This document shows, piece after piece, positions 40,101 to 54,544 of a stretch of DNA of 64,000 nucleotides (its first letter is position 1; every line of letters starts with the position of its first letter). A program made the position numbers and the translations under genes. The notes under the pieces are model-generated. The model ran no database searches, was not told the origin of the DNA, and saw only the letters and a list, made by a program, of their open reading frames with translations. Origin of the DNA: Trichinella spiralis (lineage: Eukaryota); the NCBI RefSeq assembly GCF_000181795.1, contig NW_003526941.1, positions 4,093,637 through 4,157,636 on the forward strand, read 5' to 3'.

Positions 40101-41913
40101 CACAAATAACTTTTCTCTTGGTTCTAATTTTTGCCTTATTATCAATGAAGAAACTTTTTTGTGAAACAATAAACAAAATTTTTTATGCTCTGCAAAAAGA
40201 ATGAATATACATATTTAGTGCTATTATTTTCTTCATGTTTCCCGCATTACCTCGCAAAGATGAAGTGAAAAAAAACTGGTACGAATTGCATGCAAATCGG
40301 TAACATATCACTAATTAGAATCTTGTCTTCGTGAAAGAAGAAGAAGAAGAAGAAGCAATGGAACTGAATGAACAAGCAGAAATGTAGCCGATATGCCCAT
40401 AAAAACAAATCAGCAATTCAATTCAATGACGTAAACTTTTTGTCCTTCAGGATTCATAATCTTTCATCCAATAATGTCATCACTGTCATCACACAGTTCA
40501 AAGATTTTATTGGCAGCAATGGAAAAGAGAAAAAGAGATGATCATGGAATAAAAATTGCAGAAAAAAATGCAACAACCACAACAACAATAAATCATAACT
40601 GTTCCCAGTTAATTCATCACTTTTTTCCTCAATATCTATTTCACAAGTAACAGTATATTTCATTATTGAAATTTTGTCAATCCATTTTCCAGTTGCTTTT
40701 TTGTATATTGATTCAATTTATATATTTCTTTGATGGAAGAAAATAATATCTGATATAATTCACATAGACAATAATAATAATGAATAAAGATGACCGATAC
40801 TTTGTTTTATAAATTTATAATAAGAGACAAAATTACATTTCAAAATTTCAATAATAATAAATTGAAATTCAACTCATCTACTTCAACAATTTACGCTAAA
40901 CTCTGCTGCAACTAGTCAACAATGAACAACAATAACTTGATTATAAAAATTACTGATATAATGCTTATTAAAAAAAAATTTTTTTTATCTAAACGAAAAA
41001 TGTCAAACGAAAATTGAAAAACAGAAGTTGATGTTTTATTGTTTTACTATTGCAAAATTGTTTCTAAAGAAAATACGCAAATTGCAAAATCTACCCTTCA
41101 CAAAAATAAAACACACAATTCAATAAACCAACATACAACTTTGCTCCAATTTTTTCAGAACAAAATTCCCCAGAAAAAGCCGCTTTTTCTTACTTGTTAT
41201 TAAAAATGAAATTTCTGGTTTTTTTTTCTTACCTCACTAGTAATTCAAATTTTTCATTCACACACACTGTGCCAACAATGTCCCACTGAACTAAAAATTT
41301 CCAACAAAATTGTGCATTTTAATTTTTCTCTTTTGCGCACAGGTAAGTAGAGACGCAAAAGAAGTCAAACAAAACTGGGCTACCCATATTTTTTTTTACA
41401 AAAAAACCAATACTCCAAAAGCCTACCTGCCTATGTATATATATATATATTCTCCACTGAATTTAAATAAAATAAGTTCTTGTTTGAAGGGCAAGAGGAG
41501 GAGGAGGGGCAGTAGGTAAGTAAGTGTGAAACTAACTGTCTGTTTACAATGAAACCACAAAGCCGGGAAAAAGACCAACCATGAATATGGGAAAGAGAAG
41601 AAAAAAAACTAACAAACTAATATAATTAATTCAATTTAAAACGATGATCATTTTTTCTCCCCAACATCTCGCATTTGAACATCCAAATGACCCACTGACA
41701 CTAGATGGAAAATCTGACGACACATTTTGCACGCTTGGTCAGCTAACAGTGTTGGGAAAACTAGCCAGAAAAAGAAATGAACCACACAACACATCCAACC
41801 AACAATATACCCGGCCCCCCTCGAAGTATGACCCGGTTAACAGAGCTTCTTCCTTCAACGCTTCAACGTTCGCCCAACCGACTACATCCCACAATGATCA
41901 CCACCGCCTCTCG

Positions 41914-42111
41914 ATGATGACCAAAATACAATTGTGCTTTTGGATTTTTTTTCTAACACTAACAACATCTACCACTGATGCACTGCCGTTGGATTTGCTC
42001 AAATTTTTGCCGTTGGCCAACATTGGCAATTTCAACATTCCCAAAATTAAAGGGACCAAAACGCTCGAACAATTCAAAACTGCCGAAGGTATGGCCCAAA
42101 AAATTAACTGA
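41914..42111 (+). CDS. Small putative secreted peptide (65 aa)
   Basis: Signal peptide MMTKIQLCFWIFFLTLTTSTTDA, followed by a Lys-rich cysteine-free mature part. AATAAA lies just after the stop. A possible donor GTATGG at 42089 could extend the gene. Confidence 0.55.
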   Translation: MMTKIQLCFWIFFLTLTTSTTDALPLDLLKFLPLANIGNFNIPKIKGTKTLEQFKTAEGMAQKIN

Positions 42112-42634
42112 CAAACGTATTAATTATTATTCTTATTTTTTCTTAATAAATAAATATCAGAAAAAAAAATATATTATTCTGAAATTAATCAATCCGATCA
42201 GAAAAGATTTGCATTTTCTCTACTTTTGCGCGTTTTGTTGATACAATTCCATTGATAATTTTCAACTTTAATCAAAAAGTCTTTTTCCTCATTTCAAACT
42301 GAAATCGACAGCACAATAATTTTCTCTTACTGCTACTTCAAAATCTATTCACTTCCTCAATCGAACATCACTCAGGTAATTGAGTTTAAACAACAAAAAA
42401 AAATTTGTTTCCCCTAACATCATCATCATCTGTCTCTCTTTTTCCATTTCCTCCACTTTGCAAATAAATTAATCACTCAACATCACTGTCTGTCTGTCTG
42501 TCATCGTGAATTAAACATGCTACGATTCGCTAATGTACAACAGATTCGAATTATTTCTCACTGCAGAATGCTTTTCAGCATTAAATTTCCAAAATGAACA
42601 ACAAACATTTCAACTTGTACCAATTTATATAATC

Positions 42635-43099
42635 ATGCAAATTTCTATTGCAAAATATGCAAAATATTCGATTCTAATCGCCTTAATTATTGTCAATTTT
42701 TCAGATGCTGCTACAAATTGCTTACCTTATGCAAGTGATATTGCCGTATTGTTGCAATCGACATGCCAAACTCGTACAAATACACAGACCGGCTACACGT
42801 GGGGTCGACGAATCCAACAAGCATTATCCGGAGACAACGAAGGAATCGACTTTACCGGTGGTATAACTGAAACTTGCGAACATGCGGTCCAAAAACAAGC
42901 CTGCGACAAGCTGAGCAAAAATTTAGCTACGTGCGACATCATGGGCGCCATTTCGACCGTCATGGCAAGCATGCAAGCAAAGCAACGTTGTCAAACGGTC
43001 AGCAAATTGATGAACAAATCGAAAAGCATCGGATCTTCAGTAGGCGGTCTTCTTGTCAACGAATTTGCCGGAAGCCTTTTTCAAAAAATTTTAGGCTAA
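42635..43099 (+). CDS. Putative secreted six-cysteine protein (154 aa), intronless
   Basis: Signal peptide ending ..IVNFSDA, six Cys, GC-richer coding-like composition, AATAAA ~15 nt after the stop. Confidence 0.75.
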   Translation: MQISIAKYAKYSILIALIIVNFSDAATNCLPYASDIAVLLQSTCQTRTNTQTGYTWGRRIQQALSGDNEGIDFTGGITETCEHAVQKQACDKLSKNLATCDIMGAISTVMASMQAKQRCQTVSKLMNKSKSIGSSVGGLLVNEFAGSLFQKILG

Positions 43100-43388
43100 T
43101 TTCAATTGTAATAATAAATTTATTTCAAATGTGTATACAAAACACGCCGGTCAGCGTAGTAGGAGTAGGCAGTTGCTAAAAAAGAAAAAATTAATAATAT
43201 ATACATATGCACATACATATGAATATTATTTTAAGGAAAAAAAAGAATTAAAAGTCGCTTTTTGTTAAAACATATTTGGCCGTAGGCTTCATTCATCACA
43301 TCGACTGAGGCAATAGAGGGTAAAAGAAACGCAACACAACGCAGGCAGAGAGGAGAATTATTGAACGAATAATAAATATTAAAGGCTT

Positions 43389-44945
43389 TTAACGTTTGAA
43401 AGGAAGAAAGCTGAAAAAACTATTGCCGCCGCCGCCGCTGATGAACGAACGAGCCGTGCTTGGCTGCGACGAGACACTCGACGGTCGTGGAGATGAATCT
43501 GCACAAGAAGTATCCGAAGCCATTTCAACCGGTTCAATAAGCATCTCACGGCTGCCACGAAAATAATTCATATACTGATCAAATATTGAAATTCGATTCG
43601 AACTTGAATCGTTCATATTCGAATTTTCGGCCGGAGTAATCCACTCTCTTGGAAAACACTTTTCCAAAAATGGAATACATGAGCTTATATAAGCCAGTCG
43701 ATTTACCCAGCTTGGAATTTCTTGGCCACACAAAATCTTCAACAAATCAAACACTGTTGAATCATAATTAAAACAGCTAAATATTAAAAAGAATCAAAAA
43801 CAACAACAACAACAACAACAACAATAATAGTAATAACATTACACACACACACACACACACACATACAACACTTACCTTATACTTGAGTGTTTATGAAATT
43901 TAAAATGGTAAAATGTTTTACAAAATCTGTCTTTGAAAAATACTTTCGATGTAAAAATCAATATTGAACTAATTAATTAATAATAACAATATACCATTAT
44001 TAACCATGACAAAATAGACTCTTTCAAAAATGCAAAATAGCCTATTTAATTAAAGTCAATAATTAAAAAAAAAGAGAATAATTCAGTAAATGATGACTCA
44101 GCAAATTAAAACGCAAACTGTCAATCGACAAATCATCAACCGTGTAAAAAATATTGTCGATTCAATTACAGCTGTCATTATTTTTCAGATTCTTTTCAAA
44201 ATTAATATACATTATAAAATAAAAGCACAATTAACAAAATAAAAAGCATTACATAATCAATAAAAAACATTCGTATCATCCAAAAATCATTGTATTACAG
44301 AGTTAATTTTATGAAATTAAAAAATTACAAAATATTTGTTAAGATTGCTACATTTAAAATGAATAAAAATTGGAAAAAAATGCACTGCTAAATTAAACGA
44401 TTAATAATGAACGAACAACTTAATCGACTTGAAATTCAAAGTACGGAAAATATTCCTTCCTCACAACACTGCTGTTTGTTACCTTGGCCAAGGCGTTGGT
44501 AAAATGATTGCAGTTTTTGTTCATCAAATGGTACTGGCATCCCAAGAATTCTTCGCCCAACTGCTGAACAATTTTTATAACGTCAAACTCACTGAAATCC
44601 GTATAGCCCAAAAACAGTGATTCTCTGAAATAAAAACTACAGTATGGGCAAAAGTAAACAGACCAAATAAATTTGCATACTTGTATTTAAAACCATCACC
44701 CAACTCATCGGCGTTTCTTGGGGTAATTTGAAAAATACCACTCAATGGCAATTTATGCCTTCCAAAGCAGTATTCATCATTGTACACTTCAATACCACTA
44801 TGATATATGCCAACTCCAACATGAGACAAGTATTCGTTCATCCAATTCTAAATGATCAAATGATAAATGGAAAGCAATTTCAGCAAACGATTAAAAATTT
44901 CATCACCATGCTGTAAATGTTCAAATAAACTGGTACTCTGGCCAT
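43389..44945 (-). CDS. DESI2: PPPDE peptidase / deubiquitinase DESI2
   Basis: [26 protein letters not shown] (catalytic His), [11 protein letters not shown] (catalytic Cys) and [10 protein letters not shown], across spliced exons. Confidence 0.92.
43800..43862. repeat. (CAA)n and (AC)n microsatellites in a DESI2 intron
   Basis: Directly visible. Confidence 0.9.
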
Positions 44946-46204
44946 CTGAATTTCAGTTAAAAACAACACAATTTTGAAACGTTTCTAACAAAACAAACGA
45001 TGATTAATCTACCGTATAAAAAATAATGAAGAAGTATTTGATGTAAAATTTTAAAGTTTCAATTTTGTGAAAAGAATAAAAATTTATTATAAAAATATAT
45101 TCTTCAAATGCACAATTATGTATATTGTTCAGCAAAAAAATAAAACTTTTCAGAATTTAAAGCTTACTTTTAAGTTTGAAGCTTCACTATAAACTTGTCA
45201 TTCCAGATGGCATCACGGTGACTTCAAAACAGCTGAAAAAAAATTTTCTCAAAAATAAATAGTATAAAATCAAAAAAAAATTGCACTTCAATAGATACCT
45301 ATTTTGAACATGTTAAATTTGATCATTTGAAAAACAAATTTCCAAAACATTAATTTGATGTTTACTCTCGTTGGTAAAGACTTGCAGATCAAGAAGTTAC
45401 CGTACTAGCTGGCAATTGTAGATAAAGAAGTGAATCAGTTGAGCAATTTGTCAACTGGTGCTGGCATATAATATATATCATCGTTTGAGGAAGGCAGTTT
45501 GAAGCAAGTAAGTATTTTCATTTTTGAAAGTTTTAAAATTTTACCGATAGACAATTGATGTTAAATTAGACTTTTATATTAGATATTTTGCATAAAGATT
45601 TAGTTAATTGAAGTAGTTGGTAAATTTTGGAAAGGATGAATATATGCATACTTTTTGGGTTTATCAAGATACAATAATAAATAAATCAAATTGTCGACAT
45701 TAAAATGTCATTCTTTGATGAATAATGAAAATGAGAATTTTGTATAATGTATTTGAGTTTGTTTACATCTTTTCTCATGAATTTCATCACATATGTATGT
45801 ATGTATGTATATCAATCACTGAAAATATTTCCTTCTATTGCTTACTTGATTTGAATGATTTATGGGTAGTGTTGAGAAAAAAATGTTCAGTTATCCATGA
45901 GTTGATTTTTAATTTCTTATCATCTGTTGTGGTGATTTAATTGATTTCTTTTCTCCGTTTACGTTTCTCCAAATGATGCAATGTATTGTTGTGAACAGTT
46001 GTTCGGCTTGTTAATAATTCTCACTTGTGAAGATCGATCGTTGCTGGTTGCCATTTGAATAAATAAATAAATATCACAGTTGGTTTTCTCATTTTCAGAC
46101 TTGTCCAATTTTAATGAGCTTCAGGCGTTATCAATGAATATTTATTTTTTATGTTATAATTTAATTTGTAATTTTTGAACTATGTGGTATGTGTATTTTC
46201 AGAA

Positions 46205-49200
46205 ATGGCTTTGCCCAAGATCCGGATGAACTCCAGCGGTGACAGACCTCAACATCCGTATCACATTATTTATCGGAAGGTGAACACATTTGTTGTCTGA
46301 ACATGTCTGATAACTGCATGTATTCCCAAGAGATACTGCCATTTTTAAAAAAAAAATAAAAGTTGTTGTTGTTATTTTATGTCCAGAGAATTTGTATTGT
46401 TCATTTTGTCATCCGAATGAAGTTATTTTTTCATTGTTGAAGCGTGAAATTTCGTGTGGCATGAAAATTTCCATGCATTGTGTTGTTGTTGTTGTTTTTA
46501 ATTTAGTGAATAAAATAGAATAGAATGTTGCATGCATTTGTTTGTGAAATGTAATACAATAATAAATAAAGATAGAATATAAAAGAAAGCATTTGCTCAT
46601 TTTTCTTTATAATGTCATATATTTTATTTATTTATTTGACTTGGCTTGTTGTTCGTGTAATGATTATTGATTAGAAGTGAAATGTATGCTTTCGTTCAGA
46701 GAGTGAAACGGGGAAATGGAATTTCACTCAATCAGAGTAAATTCTCTCTAGATCAGAGTTCTGAGGAATGATGATGAAGATTCTCCTCCTCCTCCTCATC
46801 ATCATCATCATCGTTGTCGTCCTGAGCTGTGAAATACATCTGCCATTAGGTAGTGGTGGTGGTGGTGGTGCAAACTGAACGCAATTAATTTTCAGCGCTA
46901 TCTATCTATCTATCTATCTATATATTCAATAGGATGCATTGCACTGGTGACGATGAGAGCTGTTGGGGCGCGTTAATAAATGATTTATTCTGCTCCTTTA
47001 CTTTCTTTATTCTTCCTCTTTCCTATCTCTATCAATTTTCTGCCCAAAGCGTTCGGACGGTTCGATTAATTTTTCACTCTCCAAACTACATACTCTCACC
47101 TACCTGTACGGTAGTTTTCGTGCCTACGCATATTTTTCTTTCCACAACTACACGCAACTCGAACAATGATTAAATTTCATTTCTGATTAAATTTACTTAT
47201 TGATCGTGATGTGGATATGGAAATGTTATGATTTTTCATCTTTTTTTCCAGTTTGCAGTTTCAAAATCAAGAATTATTGTTAAAACATATTTTACTTGTT
47301 ATTTTAAATTAATTTTACATTTTTAAAATAACTACTCTTGTTTTTCTTTAATTTCATAACTGAATTCATTATTCATCACCAATTTATTTTTCTCTTCTCA
47401 CATTTTCCTACTTTTTTTCAAACCTTCATCATCTGCAGAATGAATTTCTTTTTTTTTCTTTTATTCTGGAATTTCAAATTTGTGAATTGATTTTTTATTT
47501 GTTAATCAATATTGATTTTTTCTTTCTGTCATCCTAGTAACCAACTACGCTTCAGCAAACTTTATTTTTCATCGATTTACTTTGAATTTTAATATAAAAA
47601 AAACGTAATTAATTAATTTATTTATAGACGCACAATAACAATTACAATTTATTTGAATTTGAAAAAAAAGTAAAACGGTAGAAAGTTCAAAAAAAAAAGA
47701 AAAGTTAAAACCGTACAAAAGTCTTCGCTTGCATGATTATCTTTTTTGTACTATTTTCTATTCAAATTATGGAAAAAAGAATCTACTATACATAAGGGTT
47801 ATTTTAATTTTTCACTCAAAATTTATTATTATAGATGGAAAAAATAATTCAAAATATGTTGAGCGATGCAGATGGTGTACCAGTGCGTACGGTGAAAAGT
47901 TTCATTTCAAAAATTCCCAGCGTATTTACCGGCATTGATCTCGTTCAATGGATTTTCCACCACATCCCGACTGACGATCTTAGTAAATTTTAAAAACAAA
48001 ACAATAACATCCAATAAATTGTTGGTTTTAACCCCTTTTTTAGCCGAAGCGTTGCATCTTTCTCACATGTTAGCTTCACATGGTTATTTGTTTCCAATTG
48101 ATGACCATCTGCTGATGGTGAAATGTGACAATACGTTCTATCGTTTTCAAGTAAATTAATTGGAAAAAAAATTGATTTAACATTAAAAAAAATACCAGCA
48201 ACATTTCCTATTATTAAATTTCCACAGACTCCATATTTTTGGCCGTCGAATTGTTGGGAACCGGAAAACACTGACTACGCGGTTTATTTGTGCAAAAGAA
48301 CAATGCACAATAAAGCTCATTTAGAGTTGGAAGACTTCGAAGCGGAAAATTTGGCCAAGTTGCAGAAAATGTTCTGCCGAAAATGGGAATTCATATTCAT
48401 GCAAGCTGAAGCTCAATACAAGTGAATAATAATTATTTGGAATTTAAAATCATGATTTGAAAATCAAAAAATTTCTTTTTACATTTAGAGTTGATAAAAA
48501 ACGTGATCGATTAGAGCGACAAATATTGGATAGTCAAGAACGAGCTTTTTGGGATCTTCACAGACCGGTGGTAATTAATGATTTCAATAAATAATTCAAT
48601 CCCCCTTAACTGCACGACAGTAACTGTTACGTAGTTTATAGAAGAAAAAAATTTCCCTCATACGTTATTGAGATGAAAATTTTTAAATTGAACGAAACAT
48701 TCATCAAATTATTCCATTCCGTATGAGAAAAATGTTTGTTTGTCGAACAAAAATAACATAACGTGATGAAATAGATAAACCTTTTCAGTAATTTAAAAAT
48801 AAATTAGTAAGAGTGATTAAAAGAAACGCGTCGTCCATTGACAATTGAATTATTTTCACTTTTCACTCCACTACTTCAGTGCGGATAATTTATTTGTCCT
48901 TTATTAAGCTACATTGCGTGACCAAATTTTCAATTAAAATTTCATTCAAGAAATCAAAAAGAAAATTTCTACTTACAAAACTTTGATGCAGAACGATGAC
49001 AAAATAATAGAATAGATTTTCTTCTACCGTAAGATATTTGTATTTGATCATTACAATCTTCTAAGATAGTTCCAGTTGATATTGTTAAATTGATCGCATT
49101 TGAACGTGACAGGTACAATAGAAGTTTTAGGGTTTATTGACGTCATCAAAACAACACACACGCATACACTCACCAACTGTACTATCGATTATTGATCTTT

Positions 49201-50667
49201 AAGTATAATCTTTTTATTTGTGACGGTATGCAACGAAGGACGCTATAGCTACTTTTCAAATAATTTTATAAATGCTAATGTCACAATGTTAACAGTGGTG
49301 ATGATAAATTCGCTTTTTTTAAATGTTGACGTGAAATATAATTATTAATTGTACAAAGCATTTTTGACAGTATGAGCAATTAGCAGAATTTTGTTTTTGG
49401 AAATGAAAAATGTTTCTTTTTTTCTTGCAATTCTAAGCCTGGATCTGTAAATACGACCGAAGTTGATTTTCGCAAGCTCAGTCGATGTCATCGTGTGAAA
49501 ACATCCGATGCGCTTCACTGTCGCTCCGCGTGTCATCAAAATTCCACCACACTCAACGAACACTACAAAGGCGAAGTAAGTAGTAGTGAATTTTGAAATT
49601 ATAAATTTCTTTTCGAAACAAAAAAAAACAATTTCCATGCATGCAGATTCAAATGTTACAATCCCGATTGGCAAGAAATGCGTTGAAAACGTCCAAAGTG
49701 GCCGAATTGTACGTGTACATTGTGATAATCAAGTTCTTCTCATTGAATGAACACTTTTTTCAAATATAGTTTGATTGCGTATTCTGAGCAACGTTTTGAA
49801 TTTGATCCAATTTTCAAAGCACCGGAACCATCGAATCCTTGGATTTCTGACCAAGTCGATTACTGGGAATTGGACAGAACGTAATTTTGTTTCGTTTTTC
49901 CTTTGCTGAATGAATCCAACCAAAATTTACACACTGTTTAATGATAATGTGTTTTCTGGTTCGCTTTGCAGAGGCGAAATATCGGCAAAAAGAGTGAAGC
50001 GATGGGCTCTTTCTTTTGACGAATTGTTGAGCGATTTGGCTGGACGAGAATGTTTCATGAAATTTCTGGAAAAAGAATATTCCGGCGAAAATTTACGGTT
50101 CTGGGAAGCGGTTCAAAGTTTGCGTTTCAGCTCTTGTCGTCTTGTTCCTGTCAAAGTGACGGCAATTTACAAGTAGTGGAAATTTAATGAATAAAATATA
50201 CCAGAAATATTTTCCAATCGATTTTTTTTCAGTGATTACCTTGGACCAACGGCCGCATCGCCGGTCAACGTCGATAGCAAAGTTATGGAAATAACGAACA
50301 AAAATTTAGAAAATCCGGGTCGATGGTCATTCGATGAAGCTGCAGTAAATGAAAATAAAACGAATTTTAATTCAAATTCAAAAAAAAACATTTAATTTCT
50401 TCCTAGGAACATATTTACTGTTTGATGAAAAATGATTCTTACCAACGTTTCATACGGTCAGATCATTACAAAGAACTTGTGACTGGAGAAAAGAAAAAGG
50501 TAAATCATAAATCAGATATGAATAGATATTTCTTTTATGATTTGTTCTTGTAATAAATGAATGTTTATGGTATTTATTAGTCGGTCGGAAAAATGGCTGG
50601 TCTACGTTCGGTGATCTCATTTCCCGGCAAACGAGATATGTCGTTACTACCGACAAAGTCCACTTGA
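46205..50667 (+). CDS. egl-10: R7-family regulator of G-protein signalling (DEP-DHEX-GGL-RGS)
   Basis: [61 protein letters not shown] region [14 protein letters not shown] region [14 protein letters not shown] and [10 protein letters not shown]. Last exon 50581-50667. Confidence 0.95.
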
Positions 50668-50832
50668 TTCGATTTTGAAGAATTGTTTGAAAATGCACAC
50701 ACACGCACACATACAATGTTCAGGCACCAAATTTCACCCAATGCCAAAAATTATACATCCAACTGATTTGTCTTTTATTATCATAATTATAATTAATAAT
50801 AATTATTATTATTTCTTTTGTTCAAACTGTAC

Positions 50833-52027
50833 TTATTCGGACTGGTTGAGTTTTCTTCTGATCAGACCGAACGAACCTTGTCTCAAGCAGATCGAAGGCA
50901 AGCGAAAATTGTGATTCGCAGGCACCTTTCCACTGAACTCATTGCCATACCAATAATCCATGTACGCATAAAATGTCGGCTGCAACGGTATACGTCTGAG
51001 TCCAATGAACAGAAAGCCTTTCGAAAGACAACATAACAGATAACGTATACAACAACGTACATGCAAAAATTCATACTGTCAGCATCGATGATACGCTCGG
51101 CAATTTCAACGCCGTTGGTGCGGTTCAGCTTACTGACAACAACGTGTACCAGTCTGGTTGTGTTTCCATTTTCTTTGAAAAACCGTCTGCCAGCATAGGA
51201 TGCGCTCGTGCGATACCTTTCCATCTCATTTTCATATCCCCAATTTGGAACATGATTGCAAACTGCCTTTCAAATTGAAAATTTTAATCAATTCCCTTTT
51301 AATCAATAATTTTTTTTTAAAAAAATCACCCACGACCAAGATTTCATTTTCAAAAATAAAAAATTCAAATTACGAATTAAATTAAAAAAAACTCTTTGCT
51401 TTTTAACTCACTGATGGAGGTGTGCTTTCATTTTCCGAAGGAAGCACTATGAATGTTTCGTTTTCGAAAAAGTAATAATCGCACAACCAAGATTTCGAAT
51501 TAATTTGACCAATGGTGATTTTCAGTCTTTTATTCAAATCGTCCTGCAACCAAGAGCTTTGCAATTTTTGCAACACTTTATTATTGTGATCTCGCAAATG
51601 AAAATAGCCACGAGCTGTTAAATTCATGTACGGATTGAGGGACTTTTGTTCAACCAATTCCAATTCCGTTGGTAAATTGACACCAAAATCAAAATTTGTA
51701 TCTGAACAAGTGAACAACAGTATTTGAATAAATTTCAAAATTAACTAATAATTTCACATCTTTGAAAATCATAAGCATCAAAGAAAAATGCCACTAAAAT
51801 GCACTACCACTTAGCATGACGAGAATTAAAACAACGGCAACATTCAAAACTAATAATGGGATGGCAAGGAAGCAGAACGTTGGAAAATCACTTTCACACT
51901 TTTCCACTTTGCGATTTTCCGAAATACTACACGTTCCAATGGAATATTCTATTCCTGGATCGTTTTCACTTCTGTGCATCAATTGAAGCGGTCGCATCTC
52001 AATTTCACCCAACTCAGCATTCATCAT
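50833..52027 (-). CDS. Uncharacterised type II membrane protein, about four exons
   Basis: ORF segments 51794-52027 (TM helix FCFLAIPLLVLNVAVVLILVML), 51403-51738, 50883-51224 and 50833-51066 appear to join through GT-AG introns into one frame ending FRLPSIC...NQSE*. Confidence 0.65.
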
Positions 52028-53453
52028 TGGTCTAAACTACTTTCCTTCTTTTGTTCCACTGGAATCATTATTCTTATTATTATTATTATTAAGCGCTGCT
52101 ATTAAGCACGCGACAAGCAAGAAACAGTAAACATTATTCAGCTACTAACAGATAACGCGCATATTTGTTTTGGCGAATTTCTAAACAAAGCAGAAACTGA
52201 ATTCGAACACCATCTTTACTCATAATCCTGACAAACAACATTACAACTAATCAATTCAACTCCACAATTTCTACGCATACAGTTTTTCATCCAAACATGC
52301 TTAACAAAATGGAAAACCTGGAAAATTGTTATCTTATCGCTCAACTTAAATACACATCATTCTGACCAAGCGGAACATAAAATGTCAAAAAGCACTTGTA
52401 CAGTAAAATACAATTTACAGTAAAGAAATACTATTTTAAACTGCACAAGCAGAAACATAAATTTACAATAACATAACATATCATATCATAACACATACGT
52501 ACCATTTCATTTTCAGATGAACAATTATAAAGCAAATTGCTTTTGTTCTTCTTTTTTTCATTGATTCACTTTCGACTGTCAAACAAAATTCGCAATGTAA
52601 CTTTTAAATTTATGCTCCAAACTGATCAAACTTTCGCATTTAACGTGCTTGCTACGTGTAACGCTATTACTACTGTTATTAACAATTACGATATCACATG
52701 AAGTTGAAACTTTTTAAAAATGAACAAAATTAAATAATTAATATACTGAAAAATATTTTCAATTAAAAAAAATATTCTTTGTTTAATATTTAACTCGCAT
52801 TTATTCATTGCAATTTATTACAATTTTTAACAAAAATTTAATTTTTCCATTTTAAAAGATCATTTATCATTGCAAAGAATTGACTGATAAAGCATGATGT
52901 AATTTTAAAGATTGAAATTTGTTTCAAATAATACTTTAATTTTTAAATATTTAATAAAATTACAGTTATCAAATCGATAAGGTACAATAAGTTACAGTAT
53001 CTAAAAATGAAGTATAAATATTTTAAATTAACAATATCAATAATAAAACAAATATCAATTGGAAATAAATCGTAAATAATAATTGTTTTCTTAAAAGGAA
53101 ATAAATTCAAATGTACTGAATGTATGTTGAGAATAAATTTGATATGAAATGGTCAATTGTTTATGAGTTGAAATTGATTGATTTTCAAGAAAAAGCCAAT
53201 AAGTAGTGGTGAAGTTATATAACAACAATTAGGCAGTGGAGAAGATCGATGAATTGCAATCAATAAAGTTTCCAATGAGCTTGACAATTGGTGAAAGTTT
53301 GTCATCGATTTCGATTTTTCCTCACCGATGCGCATCAAGACGCAAACAGAGAGAGAGAGAGAGAGAGAGACCTGCTTGTATATTGACGTCTAGTTAGTTA
53401 GTTGTTCTTGTTCGGCTTTTGGCTGTGCGCTTCTTTGCGCCCTAGCAAAGCCG

Positions 53454-54488
53454 ATGAGGAAACGGTTGAGCTTGTCGACAGTTCTGACGCTTGTCGCCGT
53501 CATTCATATTGGCGTTGCATCTGATCCGTTGGATTTTTACAACATCGACGCAGCTTCGGCTTTGTTCGTGGATGACTTGAAATTCGGTCCAAGTCATCGT
53601 GACAAAGAATGGCCGGAACGAACAAACCTATGGGGACACATTTACATGCAAGGTCTGTATTCTCCTCCGCCCCCTCCCTCTCCCTTCAAAGAATGCCTGT
53701 AGTGTCGTGGGTTTTTATTTATCCCCCTCCCAACATCGAACTTCCTCAATGGTCATACAGTATTATTATTACTTTGAAAAATTACAGGCGGAGCCGGTGA
53801 AGGTCAACAATACCTACTGCCAGAAGGCCTGTTACCAAACAAAGTGGAAGTGAAAACGGACGCCATTCTCCCGGCTTTTTGTGATCCTCCAAATCCATGT
53901 CCGCCCGGCATGACAGGTCTGCCGTCATTAATTGCTCGATCATTTTATTCAAATTTTCAAAATTCATTTTCTTCTTTCTCAGCCGAAGATGGTTGTTTGG
54001 AAGATTTCGAAAATACGGCTGAATTTTCGCGCGTCTATCAGACAAATCAAGACTGCTTGTGCGACGAGGATCACATGTTTACCTGTCCGGCGCATCACTT
54101 GCGCGCTGCAGAGACTGTCAAGGACAGCTTGAACGAATTCGACGACGCCCTGCAAGCGTTGCTAGCCAGTTCGGTAAAATGTGCAAATTTTCCAAATGCC
54201 ATTTGTATGTTCTTCATTTTTTCTTCTTGCTTCCATCGCAGAACATTGAAGGCCAACACAAAGGTTTGGTAGCTAAAAAGTTTCACAGCAAACGTCGAGC
54301 GGTAAAAAATCAATAAATTTTTCGGCATTATTATATTAATATTATTTTCGTGGTTTAAGCGTCGAGATACCAGTGGTAGTTTTGCCATATCGAAAACAGC
54401 AACTGCGTTACGACGATTACGCAACAATCCCTATTTGCAAGGTGAACGTTTGAAGGTGGTCGCCAAAAAGGGCAGTCACGTTGGTTAG
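53454..54488 (+). CDS. sbt-1: Neuroendocrine protein 7B2 (proprotein convertase 2 chaperone)
   Basis: Signal peptide; GGAGEG; LPAFCDPPNPCP; DGCLEDFENTAEFSR; CLCDEDHM; LVAKKF and NPYLQGERLKVVAKK. Confidence 0.95.
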
Positions 54489-54544
54489 ATATGAGCTTTT
54501 ATTTACTGATTTTAAATGTATCAAGTAAAAAAAACATTTCTTCC

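Noticed and set aside
48601..49345. Transposon insertion in the egl-10 intron
   Set aside because: I could not identify terminal inverted repeats or a target-site duplication.
50818..51036. Alternative last exon of egl-10
   Set aside because: It is better explained as the antisense of the minus-strand gene. egl-10 already ends in frame at 50667.
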